Assembly: GCF_003704095.1 (NCBI RefSeq) | Contig: NW_020843934.1 | Location: forward strand, 1 to 64,000 | Source of the DNA: Pocillopora damicornis | Taxonomy: Eukaryota | DNA: 64,000 nt | Direction: 5' to 3' | Part shown: piece after piece, positions 24,589 to 37,048 of the stretch | Layout: the number at the start of each line of letters is the position of its first letter | Numbering within the stretch: position 1 is the first letter of the stretch | The notes under the pieces: model-generated | The model's input: only the letters and a program-made list of their open reading frames with translations | The model's database searches: none | What the model was told of the DNA's origin: nothing | Translations under genes and position numbers: made by a program

Positions 24589-25050
24589 ATGAACGAAAAC
24601 ATGTCTGCAACCAAGACTGGTTATTTATCGCTGACTACTGACAAAAACCCAAGCCGTCAAGTCAGACTTATGGCTGAGGCGTATACGAACGTGTCAGACC
24701 CGTTCATCGTATTCTACACAGATTCGTCATTCGTTGGGAGAAAAGCTCGCGCGTTTCTGCGATTTAAGTCCTGTGCTCTGAGAGAAAACGACGAGACATC
24801 TTTTACTCTGATTCCGCACGGAGAGCGAATCGGTTCTTCTGCAGGATTTTTATGCTTCAGGGCCGAGACGTCTGAAGAGAAACAAGAGTGGTTGAGAGTT
24901 TTTAAAGACAATCAGCCTGAGAACGAAAGAACTGCAGTGAAAACGAAAAGGAGGAAAATAAGTTCACGAATGTTGCCTGTAATTCAGGAAAGCTACTCTG
25001 AGGAGATCGCTGTGGTTGAGCAGAGAAGATCTAGTTTAATTCCAGTATAA
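24589..25050 (+). CDS. Small intronless pleckstrin-homology (PH) domain protein, 153 aa
   Basis: PH signature from KTGYL (beta1) to LCFRAETSEEKQEWLRVF (beta7 plus C-terminal helix with conserved W), then a basic/low-complexity tail with LPVIQE and RRSS. TATA box ~55 nt upstream of the ATG. Confidence 0.8.
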   Translation: MNENMSATKTGYLSLTTDKNPSRQVRLMAEAYTNVSDPFIVFYTDSSFVGRKARAFLRFKSCALRENDETSFTLIPHGERIGSSAGFLCFRAETSEEKQEWLRVFKDNQPENERTAVKTKRRKISSRMLPVIQESYSEEIAVVEQRRSSLIPV

Positions 25051-27434
25051 ATGGAACAAAATATTTTACGCGCCACAATAACGATCGTGGCAAAGAGGAT
25101 CGTGCCTCCAGAGACAAGGAATTTACTTCATTTATTATGAAAAAACACACACACGAATCATAGACTCTGGGAGGCCGAGCGAAACTCTGCCTCATGTAAA
25201 TGTAGTATTTTCAGACATCAAAGAACACGAGATGTAAACTTTCCAGAAAGATCACGAAGATTCTCCTGATAGGAGAAGAAATAGGACTGTAATTTTTAAA
25301 TAGTTCAAAATTTATGCGCCTGAAATAGGCGAAGATTCTCTTTATCGAGTGGGGTGACTCAGCGCAAAGGTTCGAAAATCGTTTAATATGTGCTAATTTT
25401 TGGCAAGCTGATGATAGCTGTTGGAATTCGGACGTGACTTTCATGCAAAGAGAGTCTATTGAGCTGACAATGGGGTCAGCCAGCAGTAACGTAATACATT
25501 AGAGACGATTGTAAGTAATTTGGTCATCGCCCACGCTAACATGAATCAACTAGTAGGTCACACGATTGATTTCAAGAGAGCATGCTTTTAAAAGTTGAAT
25601 GCTTTGTAAATACTTCGATGTCTCATTTGGTAATGAAAATGTTAATAGACGAAACATTGAAGAAGAAGATTACATTTTGAGTAGTTTCAGTTTGCAATGA
25701 AATTGCTATCAATTATTAAAATTTGGACGTGGGAGGGTGCGTGAGTGTGTTTGGTTTTTTTGTTTTGTTTTTTAATTTAAGTCATCTAGGAAAACAAATA
25801 TAGGAGAAGTTATTGGTGACGTAACCAAACAAAGTCACTGGTGGATTTACGTGGAGTTTTTAATTGCGATAAGTGTTAATTCAATGAGCAAACAAGAAAA
25901 ACGCGAGACACATTCATCCTATTTAATGAAGCGGGGAAAAATTAGTCTCCTTAGCTAACTCATGGGTAAAAAGGTTACGTGAGTTTAATCGAAGTTGAAA
26001 ACCTGTTTCTCTTGAAAAGAGTAAAGCCGACACGAGAACACACCGTATGCGTCAGTGAAATGTATTTTCATATTGATTGGAGCGGGGAAATAAACTGTAA
26101 TTTGAAAGTTCCCCAATTTTAATAGAAAACCTTCTTTCCCTTTCCGCATTTATTACCGTGTTTGACGCAGGTTCGTAACAAAGTACATTAAAAGGTTTTG
26201 TTTTTGAGACCTAATTTGCACTTATTTTGAATTTGAATTGACGCATTACGCCTCTACGTTGAATACATCTCACGCATCTGGTTTGTGAGAGGTTACTCGT
26301 ACGGCGAAAATAATACACACCAAATAGCATGAAAACAGCTGATTTTATTTTTCACTTTTGAATCGTAAGTGTTTCAACTGAAGGCTTTTATTCTCATTAA
26401 GATAGATATCATAGGATGCGTGGGGAAAGCAAATTCAAAATATTTCACAGGAAGATAAGAAAAAAGCAAATTCATCACAGAAATAATTATTGCATAGAAA
26501 TTGTGTCGTGCTATCACGTTTAATAGCAAACGTTTTCTTACTAAATGGTTATCGTCAGAACGGTTGGTTTGTTGCTTGAAATAAGTTTGAAGACATTTTA
26601 AGATATTCATTCAAACAAACATGCTAACGAAAGCTCGAAATAAAGAGAAACTGAAAACAGCCAGTTTATAAAACGTATTTGTTCGAAGTTCAGTTCTGTT
26701 GTAATAAAATTATTGTTTCGAAAAACTAGGAGTCAAAACAAGTTCATTAGTACAAAAGAAAAATGTAATTTCAATTTTGGCGAACAGATTCTTTCATCCT
26801 TAAATCTCCCTATTTATTCTTAGTTGTTGTTCCCTGATTTACAAGAAAAGTAGACGCGTTTCGACATGGAAACTGACGTGACTATGACCTTTTACAGGAA
26901 ATAACAAGTTATCACCTGTCAACTAAACCCACACGCTTCAGTCTTCTGACAACTGCACACAGATCCACAGTTCATGCTGTGCGTCCCCAACAGCAAGAAG
27001 TGCACACACTGTTCTCTACAAATTGCCTTAAACACTTTGTTTATTTCCGGAATATTGAAAAGTTAAAGGCAGATTTTAAGTTTTATCATTTACACGTCTT
27101 CAAATTCCGTGCGTTTTTCCGTTTAAAAAATCAAAGAGTGCAGACCACGAGGACTTGACGAGCAAGAAATATGACCCAGACTTCCTCGATAAAGTGCAAA
27201 GGTTGCTTGTATTCACAAGACCCTCATACTCATGACTTACCATCAGTTCTAAAAAATATCATCAACAATCACTTCCCGACTGCACATAAGATATCAGATC
27301 GATACGGTAAAAACAGCAACAACAACGACCACCTTAAAAACTCCAGTGCTCGATAATACCCCTCTTCTTCTCGCGTGTGCGCGCATTGACATTTTTGTCA
27401 GGGTCATGGGTATGATCACACGGCGGCAAGGTAG

Positions 27435-27545
27435 GGGACCACGACGGCGACGGGCAACGAGGACGTGACGATGCAAAAGAACTAATTGGCGGAACGATAG
27501 CTTAGCACGTGCGTTTTTAAACTTTGAACATTTCTTAGCCGGCAT
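27435..27545. mobile_element. Fragment of an ACGACGGCGACGGCAACGAG-type MITE
   Basis: ACGACGGCGACGGGCAACGAGGACGT...GCACGTGCG...ACATTTCTTAGCCG, recognised from memory as a dispersed repeat family. Confidence 0.45.
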
Positions 27546-27759
27546 CCTGGCCTTGTGTTGAACCTCAGGGCCAACATGTAGAAACGTGTGCTGGTCTGGA
27601 ATCCTGCTCGGTTACGGGCGCGGTCCCAGATGGGTCAAATCTCGTCAAAATGCAGCTTTTCTTTAGACCTGATTCTTAATACTTTGTCAATGAATGTAAC
27701 TGTATGAGGTCGTTTTGCCGCAGTTTATAGAAATTTATATGATAAGCTGTATCACACCG

Positions 27760-28050
27760 GCATTTTGATTGGTTCTTACTGAGAGAAATATCAACTGAAA
27801 TTCTCTCGTTCTTACTTATGATCTGTTGAAGGATAACCGCTTGGATGACGTCGCCATAACAAAATCTTCTGCTTCTTTATTATATAAAACAAGCAGATTC
27901 CATGTTGCCGCGGGTCTGCACAGTAGAAGGTCACAGCAGATTTTAAAAAAAAAATGTGGTCCTCCTGTGCCACTATTTTGTTCTTAACTCATTTTGACGC
28001 CATCTGTGATCTATTACTGAACAGACGCTCGGCAACGTGGAATCTACCTA
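27760..28050. mobile_element. Palindromic MITE-like repeat, copy 1
   Basis: Inverted arms AGATTCCATGTTGCCG (~27896) and CGGCAACGTGGAATCT (~28030-28045); second copy at 32415-32680. Confidence 0.75.
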
Positions 28051-31000
28051 TCAATTTTCATGAAATTTGTTATGGTGGTGGGATGAATTAATTTTGTCTT
28101 ACAAAGGATCAAACCTCTCCGAAGTCACCCCCCCCCCCCCCCATCCTTCCCAGGTGCTACCCCCCTCGTTGGAGGCAGATGCCAACCATGTGTGGATCGT
28201 GGATCAATTACGCAACAAAAAGCACCGATAACTTTGACAGCGAGGAGGAAATTGGTGCTTGTTATGTTTAATTGGATGCAAAGGATTATCGAGGTTTTCT
28301 ACAGCAGAATCGTGTACAGTACATCAAGATAATTTGCAGACCACACGCAATTTACTGCCAGAAAAAGCTTGCTGCGTAACGGTGATTGAAAGAGAATCGG
28401 TCGAAACTTTCTTTTGAAACATGTCGTTAATCATTTCATTGCCTAAACTGCCCTTGGGGTGGTAAGCCCAGTCTGTTTCGTAACACTTGAGACATCGCAT
28501 TTTCCAGATTTTCAGCTGTTATTTGCAGACTCAGTTGAATAAATGGCAAAACAATTTCAATTTCGAGGAGTTGGGGAGAAAAAAGATGGTGAATCTCTTA
28601 ATTTGCCCATTTTTACAAAGATGTGAGTATCATTGATCAGCGATTTGACCATGGCCAGGTGGCAAAGGAGACTCGAACTCCTTTGCTGAAATGAAAAGGA
28701 TGCCAGTGGAATTGTGCACGCCATTCTCGGCCTAGGAGTTGCGAAAACTTACAAAAACACCTCGAGGTATCTTGTGTTGGTTTGGCCACCGGAATGCTTT
28801 GATCAAAGGATATTGGGGAACTCTCAAATTCGGAGAAAAAACGAGCCTTAAATTCCTTCATTTTGGCCCTCTCGTGACGACAAGAGACCTAAGGGGAAAA
28901 TCTCGCTCTTTCCAACACGGCCGAATTATTGACAAGAGAGGTTTATCATCTAAAGTGAAGAAAGGGAGGCTTAGTGTAACAGAGAGGGTCAAAGAAAGGA
29001 GGCCGGTTTGATACACTATTGACATCGCGGCAAACAACAGAAAAAACATACCCCACACAAAGGATTGCCGATCGAGTCTTTTAGCTGATGAGATAAAATC
29101 TCCTAGCTTTGCAACAAACAGCGGAAGATTCCCAGATTCAAAGAGGTGCATAAAAAATAACAATGAGAGGAAGCACACCACACAGACTTAAATGTTTACT
29201 GTCCATCTAAAGCATATCCAGTTTCCGGTCCGTTTTTTAGATGGATGTCCTCAGCTCTGTAACGCCCTGAGAGTCACTAACTTTCAACTCCTGGAGTAGA
29301 AATACCGCGTACTATGGACTCAACCCAGGCTCGTTTATGTGATTTCCGTAGAAGCTGGTGTTTTTGCGGGGACAATTTGCTCTTTCAGTAAGCGTGTTTT
29401 TCCTTATCAAACCTTGATTATTATCACTAGTTTACTCTGTATCTCTGTGTGGAGTGCCGCATCATCTGACAATCTGACATCATTAGAGCAGATTTCACAG
29501 TGATTTCATCGAGGATAGGGCGGTTTTTCGTTTCCAGCCGTGACCAACGCGCGCGGATAAGCTCCAGCTATTTATACCTTCGGTGTGTGTCAGTAAATAC
29601 TGTCTAGCCCATCCGCCTTCTTTACTTCAGCTTAACGCGACGAAAATTTGACAAAACCCCATAACCTAAAGGAATTTCTTTACAGACAAGGATAAAAAGT
29701 GGTATGTTCACCGTTTTACTCTAAGCGACAAGGAATTTAGCTTTATTTAGGGATTATTGTCGAATGTGTGTAACGATATAGTTAAATAAGTGCTAATTCT
29801 ATTATCTTTCTCCAAAGCACTTTTCGCAGTGAATTTACTTAAGGGTTTGTCACAGGCGGAAGGTAAAAATAATTTGTCGTAGACAGTTTTACTAAAATCA
29901 AAAGGGCATTTTTCGGTTTCATTTTGGAACAATGAAGACAAAGAAGCGTAATAGCAGAAAGTTACACGTACATTCCGCAGCATCTTTCCAAATGAACTAA
30001 AGCTTCAGTTTCTTGCATTTCATGTTCTTGTGTAATTACAGCACGATCAAATTTTACGTTTGTCAAACAGTTTTACGGTACGGGTAACAAGTCTAACAAA
30101 TTCAGTCGAGAACAGGAAATGTTCATTGTTTGATACCCTCGTGTGATTTCCGGTTGATTTATTATTGAACAAAACAGAAGTCAAAATGACATTGACTGAC
30201 ATGTAGCCTTTCTGATGTGTCTTGCTTGCTTTCAATGGGTTTCACTTTAGGTTGTTTCAACCAACTGAGGCTGCCTAATACTATTTTGCTGTGATTTTTT
30301 AGGAGATTCTCTTAACAGGTAAGTCATTGTGAAAAAAACTTAAAGTATAACTATGCTCAATAGCTATCATTAGTCCTCGCCTACCCAGGTTACACCGCCC
30401 TAGACGCGTCGACGGTTTCACATATACCTTTACTGTGCTGGAAATTGTGTGGCCGGACAAGAACAAGTTCACCTTTCCTTGAGTTCTCTGAATTTTTCCC
30501 GCCTTCTATAAAATTAGCTCGAAAGGAAAACTGGAAGCAGTGAACATAAATTAAGCTGTTCAACATTCTAATATATTACCCTTCGATCGAGTTAATTTTT
30601 AATCGTAATCTACTTTCATGTGTTTCGCCATCATACGTCTTTGTAGTGAGAAAGGGCTGTTTGCTGCAGCTTCATTAGTTCCGCAATAACCATCATGAAT
30701 TTGCTTAGGGTTAGGTAAGTAATAAAAGTGATACGATTTCTGAAACGATAAAGAGAACGTACGAGCATTTGTTTCCAATTTGGTGTGCGACTCATTCGTG
30801 TACCTTTGAGCTCACCAAGTAACACCTCGACTTGTAAAATTTTATCAGAAGCAAATCGCCTTTTTGTAACTTCTGCACAACCTTACACCTGTTCCTACAC
30901 GAGATTTCGCTTTACGCTCACCGAACGAGGCTAGCTAGCGCTTATTCTGTTTGTACCATATCAGCCCTTAACATGCTAAACGTATTTTATGCGTAAACAA

Positions 31001-32414
31001 TTTGTACTATAAAATGATCCGATTAACAGATTACGTGAGGTTATTTCGCTCCGTCGCTAATTTTCCGTGCGGAAATCACTGCAGGGTTGCTACATGCACC
31101 ATGCACATTGCACCTCAACGCAGACTGAATTTTAACAGTTAGCCAAGCTTCTCTTCAAACGAAAGTGCATGCCGTATGGAAATTAAAGATGCTGAGTTCC
31201 GCCAGTGTTAATTGTTGTAAGATGTTTAATATTACATTTTGAGAATTTTTCACGATTTCGTAACAATAATTACTTCTGAAAAAAAAATCACATGAAGAGG
31301 TGGTGAATGACGAGGTAAAAATGGGATTTTATTTCTTCATTCGCTATAATTTAATAGCTGAGTTCAAAACAATTTTGTCAAAGAAAAAAAGAAAAGTAAC
31401 TTGGCAGGGCAATCACTAATGCCTCGACATTTCTACTTTTGAAATAACGGTAATCCATCTGGTGCAATCCATCTAGCACCGTATCACACCTCTACCGACA
31501 ATGACCTTACAAATTCTGTTTGGTGTTCGGAAGATCAAAGTTTCTCATGACTTGTTCTTTGACTGGTCATTTAATGGCTTTAATGACTTAAAACCAGGTA
31601 AAAGCGTGTGCAATATGTGTTGTTTTTTGTATGCCATTTTAAAAAATAAACAATTAATTCTTGACAAACATCAGCGTTAAGCGATTTGTGTTGTAATATC
31701 AAAGTGCACGGAAGTTATCAACTTATCAATTTTGTCGCAACTCAGTACCAGCCTAAACAATATCGATAGCAAGTTTAAGATAACCGAAACACTACGCGCG
31801 TTATGATATGTGACAAGTAAATCGATAGTTTATTTCCATAGGTAGCTGGTTTAAGAGGAATGTACCGCCTGACAGGATTTAGTTTCAGGGTCTTGAGCGG
31901 AGAATTTTCATCATTTCGCGGCATGAAAATGATGTCTTTTTGAGGGGGAAGGTGATCAAGGTTCGACCACTAGCGTCTCTGAAATGAGCTAAAATGGCGG
32001 GAAATAAAATGCGCACTTAGCTATGTACGTTTGTTGTCTGAGGCTTACAACGTCACAAGTAGAGGGCCTGGCTGCTAAGTCATAATCAAAATGGCGGCGT
32101 CTGTCGTCTGCTGTCTTTAATGTTGCACACTCGAAAATATGTTATGTAATCCATTTACAGAGTAGTTTTTTCCCCTTCTAGTGCTTCTGCCCCTGTGTTT
32201 TGTGGTGACATCAACCTATCAGTATGTGAAAAACATGACTCAACTTATGAGAAATATTTTGCCTGGTACCGAAATGAAAATCTCTCAATAGCACTTGATG
32301 CGTTTTGTCTTTTGCTTATGCTTCGCACTTCTTTTACATCTCAAGGAAGGACGAGCGTATTTGTTTCAGCACATACAGAATAACAAAGATTATATAATAG
32401 GCTAGCTTTGAACG

Positions 32415-32680
32415 CATTTTGATTACTTAATACTCATAGTAGAGGGCAGACGCTTACATGTCGTTACCATTAACAACATTTAACTTTTTTTATCATATCA
32501 AACAAATAGATTCCATGTTGCCGTGGGTCTGCACGATAACAGATAACAATAGATGTCAAAACGTGGTAAGAACATCAGCTCTCAGGCTGCACCTCGTATG
32601 CCATTTTTTTTGTTCTCACCACAATTTGACGTCATCTGTGATCTATTAATGAAAATAGGCACGGCAACATGGAGTATATT
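32415..32680. mobile_element. Palindromic MITE-like repeat, copy 2
   Basis: AGATTCCATGTTGCCGTG...TTTGACGTCATCTGTGATCTATTA...CACGGCAACATGGA, homologous to 27760-28050. Confidence 0.75.
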
Positions 32681-35524
32681 TATTTATTTTACGGATCAAG
32701 GAAAGGCTTAAAGAGAATTACTCTAGGAAGTTCCCGCAACTACTTGACTGTTAGTAATCCGCATTGAAAACACTCGTCTTTTAGGATTAGGATTAACTTT
32801 AAAAACCAAGGCTACCACCTTATTTACAAATACAAATACGGAAAAAAAACATCGCTCTACGCACCAGAGATGAGAACTCTGCTAATAAGTCAAACATGGT
32901 AAACCTGCGTAACCTAGCAACTCTTTAATGACAGTTAAAATTTCCGGCCGCATTGTTCTTCATACTACATCGTGGTGGCTTTTAAGTTCACTATGAATAT
33001 ATTTTGGTTCAAAACTCAATTTTTTCGGGCTACGTAATCGTCATGGCAACAAAACCCTTACATCCACGAAGTTAAAAATTGATTGAGAAACCCTTTTTTT
33101 GCATCGTCCTAAACCAAAACGCAGAAAGTTGGCCAAACTAAAATAAGAGAAAAAAATATTTCCAGTGTGTACTCACTTCCGCAGATTACAATGTCTGCAA
33201 GGAAGATTTGAAAGCATAGAGGCGTCTAACGCCGACTTCCGTATCAACAGCTCAATGCGTCGAAAAATGTCGTGATCACTTGCTTCACCATTAACAAATT
33301 GGATACTGTATAGCATTAAACTAAGACCAAGTTTCGCGCTTTCCTTTCTTCAGCCAGTTACGATGCCAAGAAAGGGAAGTACAAGTTCCCAAATAACGGA
33401 ACAAATGCACGTGATGCAACGCGCTGGTCAAGAGTTTCTCTTACGCCTTAAAACGCCTTAGTAGTATAAACCTACATACGAAATTTCAATGGCAAACGAA
33501 TGCCAGTTTCTTGATCAAAAAGAGGTATCATATACAGGGAGACTTCAAAGAGGAAAAGTTTTCGGGCTTGGTTTTATCGTTAACACCGGGAAGTGTGTAG
33601 TTGTCGAAGTAAACTTGCTTTCTCCTAGCAATGATCGTTGCGCTAGCTGCTATACACGCAGGTGATAAGAAAAATGTGATCGGAAAGGGCGGAGGCCCAC
33701 GTCATAAAACATAGATGTACTTATATTCTCTTGTATGTAGTTATTGCAACAATTTCAAACTGGTTCCTTATGTAACTTAGCCTTGGAGGGGCGGGTGAAG
33801 ATGTTACATAACTATTAAAGAAAGGTGTCATCCGTCTTGTCACGAGCGCGGGACAAGGCTGGTATATGTTCCGTAAACAAAATTCGTGTGAATTTTTCCT
33901 GAAGTGCCTGGCATTTTTCTCTTAAATATTATTTAGGATGTTTTGAAGGTTCCTCGGGGAGTTGAGCCCTCTTTTCTTGCATTGTAATCAATTCAAATCG
34001 TACATTGAGAACAAATAGGACTCGATTGTTGGTGATATCGTTGTGCTTAAAGAACTTATCTGATACACTTGCGGAAAAATGTTTTGCGGCTTGCTGGCAA
34101 GGAAAGCATAACAAACGATAATCCGATTGTGGGGCGGACATTGTTACCCTCGTGAATTGACCCCGGACAGGTCAATATGCGGGGAGAATTTGCGAAGAGC
34201 TTCACGCAGGTTTACCTTGTCAAATGTACATATACTGGCTTGTGAGGCTTCCTTTCAAAATCTAAAAACAGAGAAGAGAAAGCGAAAAGTGCACTTGAAA
34301 CGGTTCTGTATAGGAGACAAGCCGCTCTCGTCACGCTAAGTGACAAGTACTTGGAATAGTTTCAGCCTAGTGTCTCCCTCTTAATTGGCGGAAATTTCAC
34401 AAAGTATTCTTCAATTACAGATTTTGTTTTGGCGACAAACGGACACGTCATAATTTTGCATTCTTTCCTTGCAAAATCTCAGTCACCTGGGCTGTGTTCC
34501 ACCTTGCTGGTAGTCGCGCTCTGCAACAAGAGTACGGAGGTATTTCAGTCAAGGTAAGCGGTCAAACTCATAAGGAATAAGTCAAAATTCTTTAAGGTCA
34601 CGCTTTGTTGAATCGCAGCAAAAAATGTTTCACGCATCAGGTGCTAAATCTTTCATTTCTTGCAGTGCAAACTCCCGGCGACGATAGGCAACCTTTAAAT
34701 GTTGAGAAAATTTAGCAGATAATTCAATGTACAAGAAACAGATAGAGCAATTTTTTTTGCAGACACAGAAGTGTCTGGAATGTATAGAATATTTCAGAGA
34801 TTTTACTGGGATAGCTGTAACGAAGTGCGTAGTGTAGTGAATGAATTGCCTCCCGCCCCAAGTTTCTTTTAGTTTTGCTCCTTGTCTGGGAAGGGAATTC
34901 GACAAAGAAAGCCGTGAGTACATTTTCAACAAAATTGTTCAAATTTTTACTGTAAAGAGGTTCTTTAATCTGGTTGACTTAACTGTTTTTATAGTTTCTA
35001 TCAAATGCTTGTTTAGTCTTTGAATCAACTTCTTAAAGAATAATCGCTCTTAAGGATAATTCCTTTGAATTGGAACGTATTACTCCGTATAAAAACAGAA
35101 AATTTAATCGTAGCCTGTTATGATTGTACCATTGGTAAAAATTGCTAAAACTGGAAAGGAAGTGGAAAATGTCCGTCTTCGACTGCATCACAGACCCTGG
35201 TGTAATTTGTTGGTAACTAAAAACGAATAATTATTTTCTTTAAAACTACAAGAAGCTTTTCATGAGTACAGTCCAAGCCTGGTTCGCCTTTATCAGTCGA
35301 TCGGTTTCGTAATCTCAAATCCGAAGTCTCTATCAACATTTCACGTAATCTCCTTTCAACGCAATTGTTCGGAATCGGTTCGACTCTCAGTCCAAGATTT
35401 TGGACTAAGTTTTACTTCGCAAACGGTCGCAAACATCAATTTGTACCAAAACGCCAAGTCTTCCCATTATCATCGTTTCTAAGATATTGATCAAAATGCT
35501 TGTGGAAAAATTCCACGTTACACG

Positions 35525-35655
35525 CGATGGCGTCATGGTTAGCGCGCGCAGCTTCACCTTCAAAGGCCTGGGTTCGAGACCACTAAGCCTCTTTCCACTA
35601 AGCCTCTGTCCCCACGCAAGTGTAAAAATGGGTATCAGTGAACTGCAAAGGAAAC
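35525..35655 (+). mobile_element. tRNA-derived SINE with CORE-like segment (truncated)
   Basis: TGGCGTCATGGTTAGCGCG (A box), GGGTTCGAGACC (B box), then CCCACGCAAGTGTAAAAATGGGTA; related to the 60266 copy. Confidence 0.6.
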
Positions 35656-36039
35656 CCGTATTGGTTCAAAAATCATTTATTCTTTCAGAACTCTCTTACT
35701 CTCCCTCTCCCCCACAGGGAGTTTTCTGCTCAACGTCTCTTCCATATTTGGTAGCAGCAAGTAGAAGAGAGACATTCATTTTTCGTTCAAACGACAAAAT
35801 GGCTAGCAAGTATGCATAGGGGGATTTGCCGTCCGTTTTCATAGTTGTCTCACGTGGGATCTCCAATTCAACGCAGCCAGCTGCTCTCCTTTGCTTTTCG
35901 CAAACTGTTTGTAATTTTTATCTGAATTTGTCTGCCGGTTTTTCTGGAAGAAGGGATGTCAAAGATCAGATGCAGTGAATTTTTTATAATAAATCACTAC
36001 CATGCTTCTGTTCAACTTTTCACGTCTTTTGTATGACGT

Positions 36040-36251
36040 TTAACCCTTTCACTCCCACAAGTGACCAAGACAGAATTTCTCCTTACAAAATCAATACAAT
36101 ATCAAGCAGGCAGGTGATGAGAATAGAGAAGAATATCAATTATGGGATTATTTGTTGATCCAATAACAAATTCTCTGAACTAACATTATAAGAATTGTAT
36201 GGCAGATAGTAAGGAGAATTACTAATTAGATCTTGGGGGTGAAAGGGTTAA
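36040..36251. mobile_element. Intact 212-bp piggyBac-like MITE with TTAA ends
   Basis: TTAA-CCCTTTCACTCCCA ... TGGGGGTGAAAGGG-TTAA: TIRs plus TTAA target duplication. Confidence 0.85.
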
Positions 36252-36943
36252 ATGATTAACTTCTTACTTGATTTAAGATTATTACTTTTCGCATTGCAAT
36301 GATCAACAATGACAATCATCTAACCTGCGTCACATTCCACTCTGCTTGATCCGTCTAAAACTTTTTTTTATCTCCTGGTTCTAAGTGATAACATTGCTCT
36401 GCCATTTAGAAACTTTGAATCTAATTCTATAAGTTAAACCCGGTGTAAAATATTCTTTTTAGCTCCGCGCATTTTTTACCAAGAATTTGCAAATCAATTG
36501 TAGTTAGTTCCACGATTAAGTTCATATTGCAAAAGCAAATAGTAAAAATTTCCCCCCGACTACGCCTGCTCTACCTCAAATCTTTGATCCAGAATAGATC
36601 CAAGGGTGAAAAAAAAATTATTTCTTTTGCAAATTATTACAACCTCTTGCTCCCAAAATGAGAGTACAAGGCAACTGTGTGCCCGGTTTGGGGCTCTAGA
36701 CATCTTTAGCTGATCGGCCACTACAACTATATAACAAAAGACGTGCCTCGTAATGGTAAAGCAACGTATGTCCGGCCCGTTTAGCGGTTTGTTATCACCA
36801 TTTTCAGCGGTAAACGACGATTAAGATAAAACTCTTTAAACAGCGCATTAAGCTCGACCTCTGCCTACACACGCAACTCCTATCAAAAACCACACAGCTG
36901 CATCAGGGCTGAGGTAGTCAATCAATTCAAAAAAAGTCCATTA

Positions 36944-37048
36944 AACAATCAGATTACGAACTCGAGATTTCTATCGCCTTATAGTTGATGAGGGAGAAGC
37001 TCGACTCGACCATCACGCAAGGAAATCAAGGTGAATAATCTAATTGTT
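36944..37048. repeat. Imperfect palindrome, likely part of a MITE
   Basis: AACAATCAGATTA...GATTTC and GAAATC...TAATCTAATTGTT form inverted arms. Confidence 0.5.

Noticed and set aside
28637-29181. Overlapping 74-107-aa ORFs on both strands
   Set aside because: No domain-like features or consistent splice support; likely chance.
33370-33392. GAAGTACAAGT resembling cnidarian miR-2023 as recalled
   Set aside because: Only a partial match and no precursor-length hairpin.
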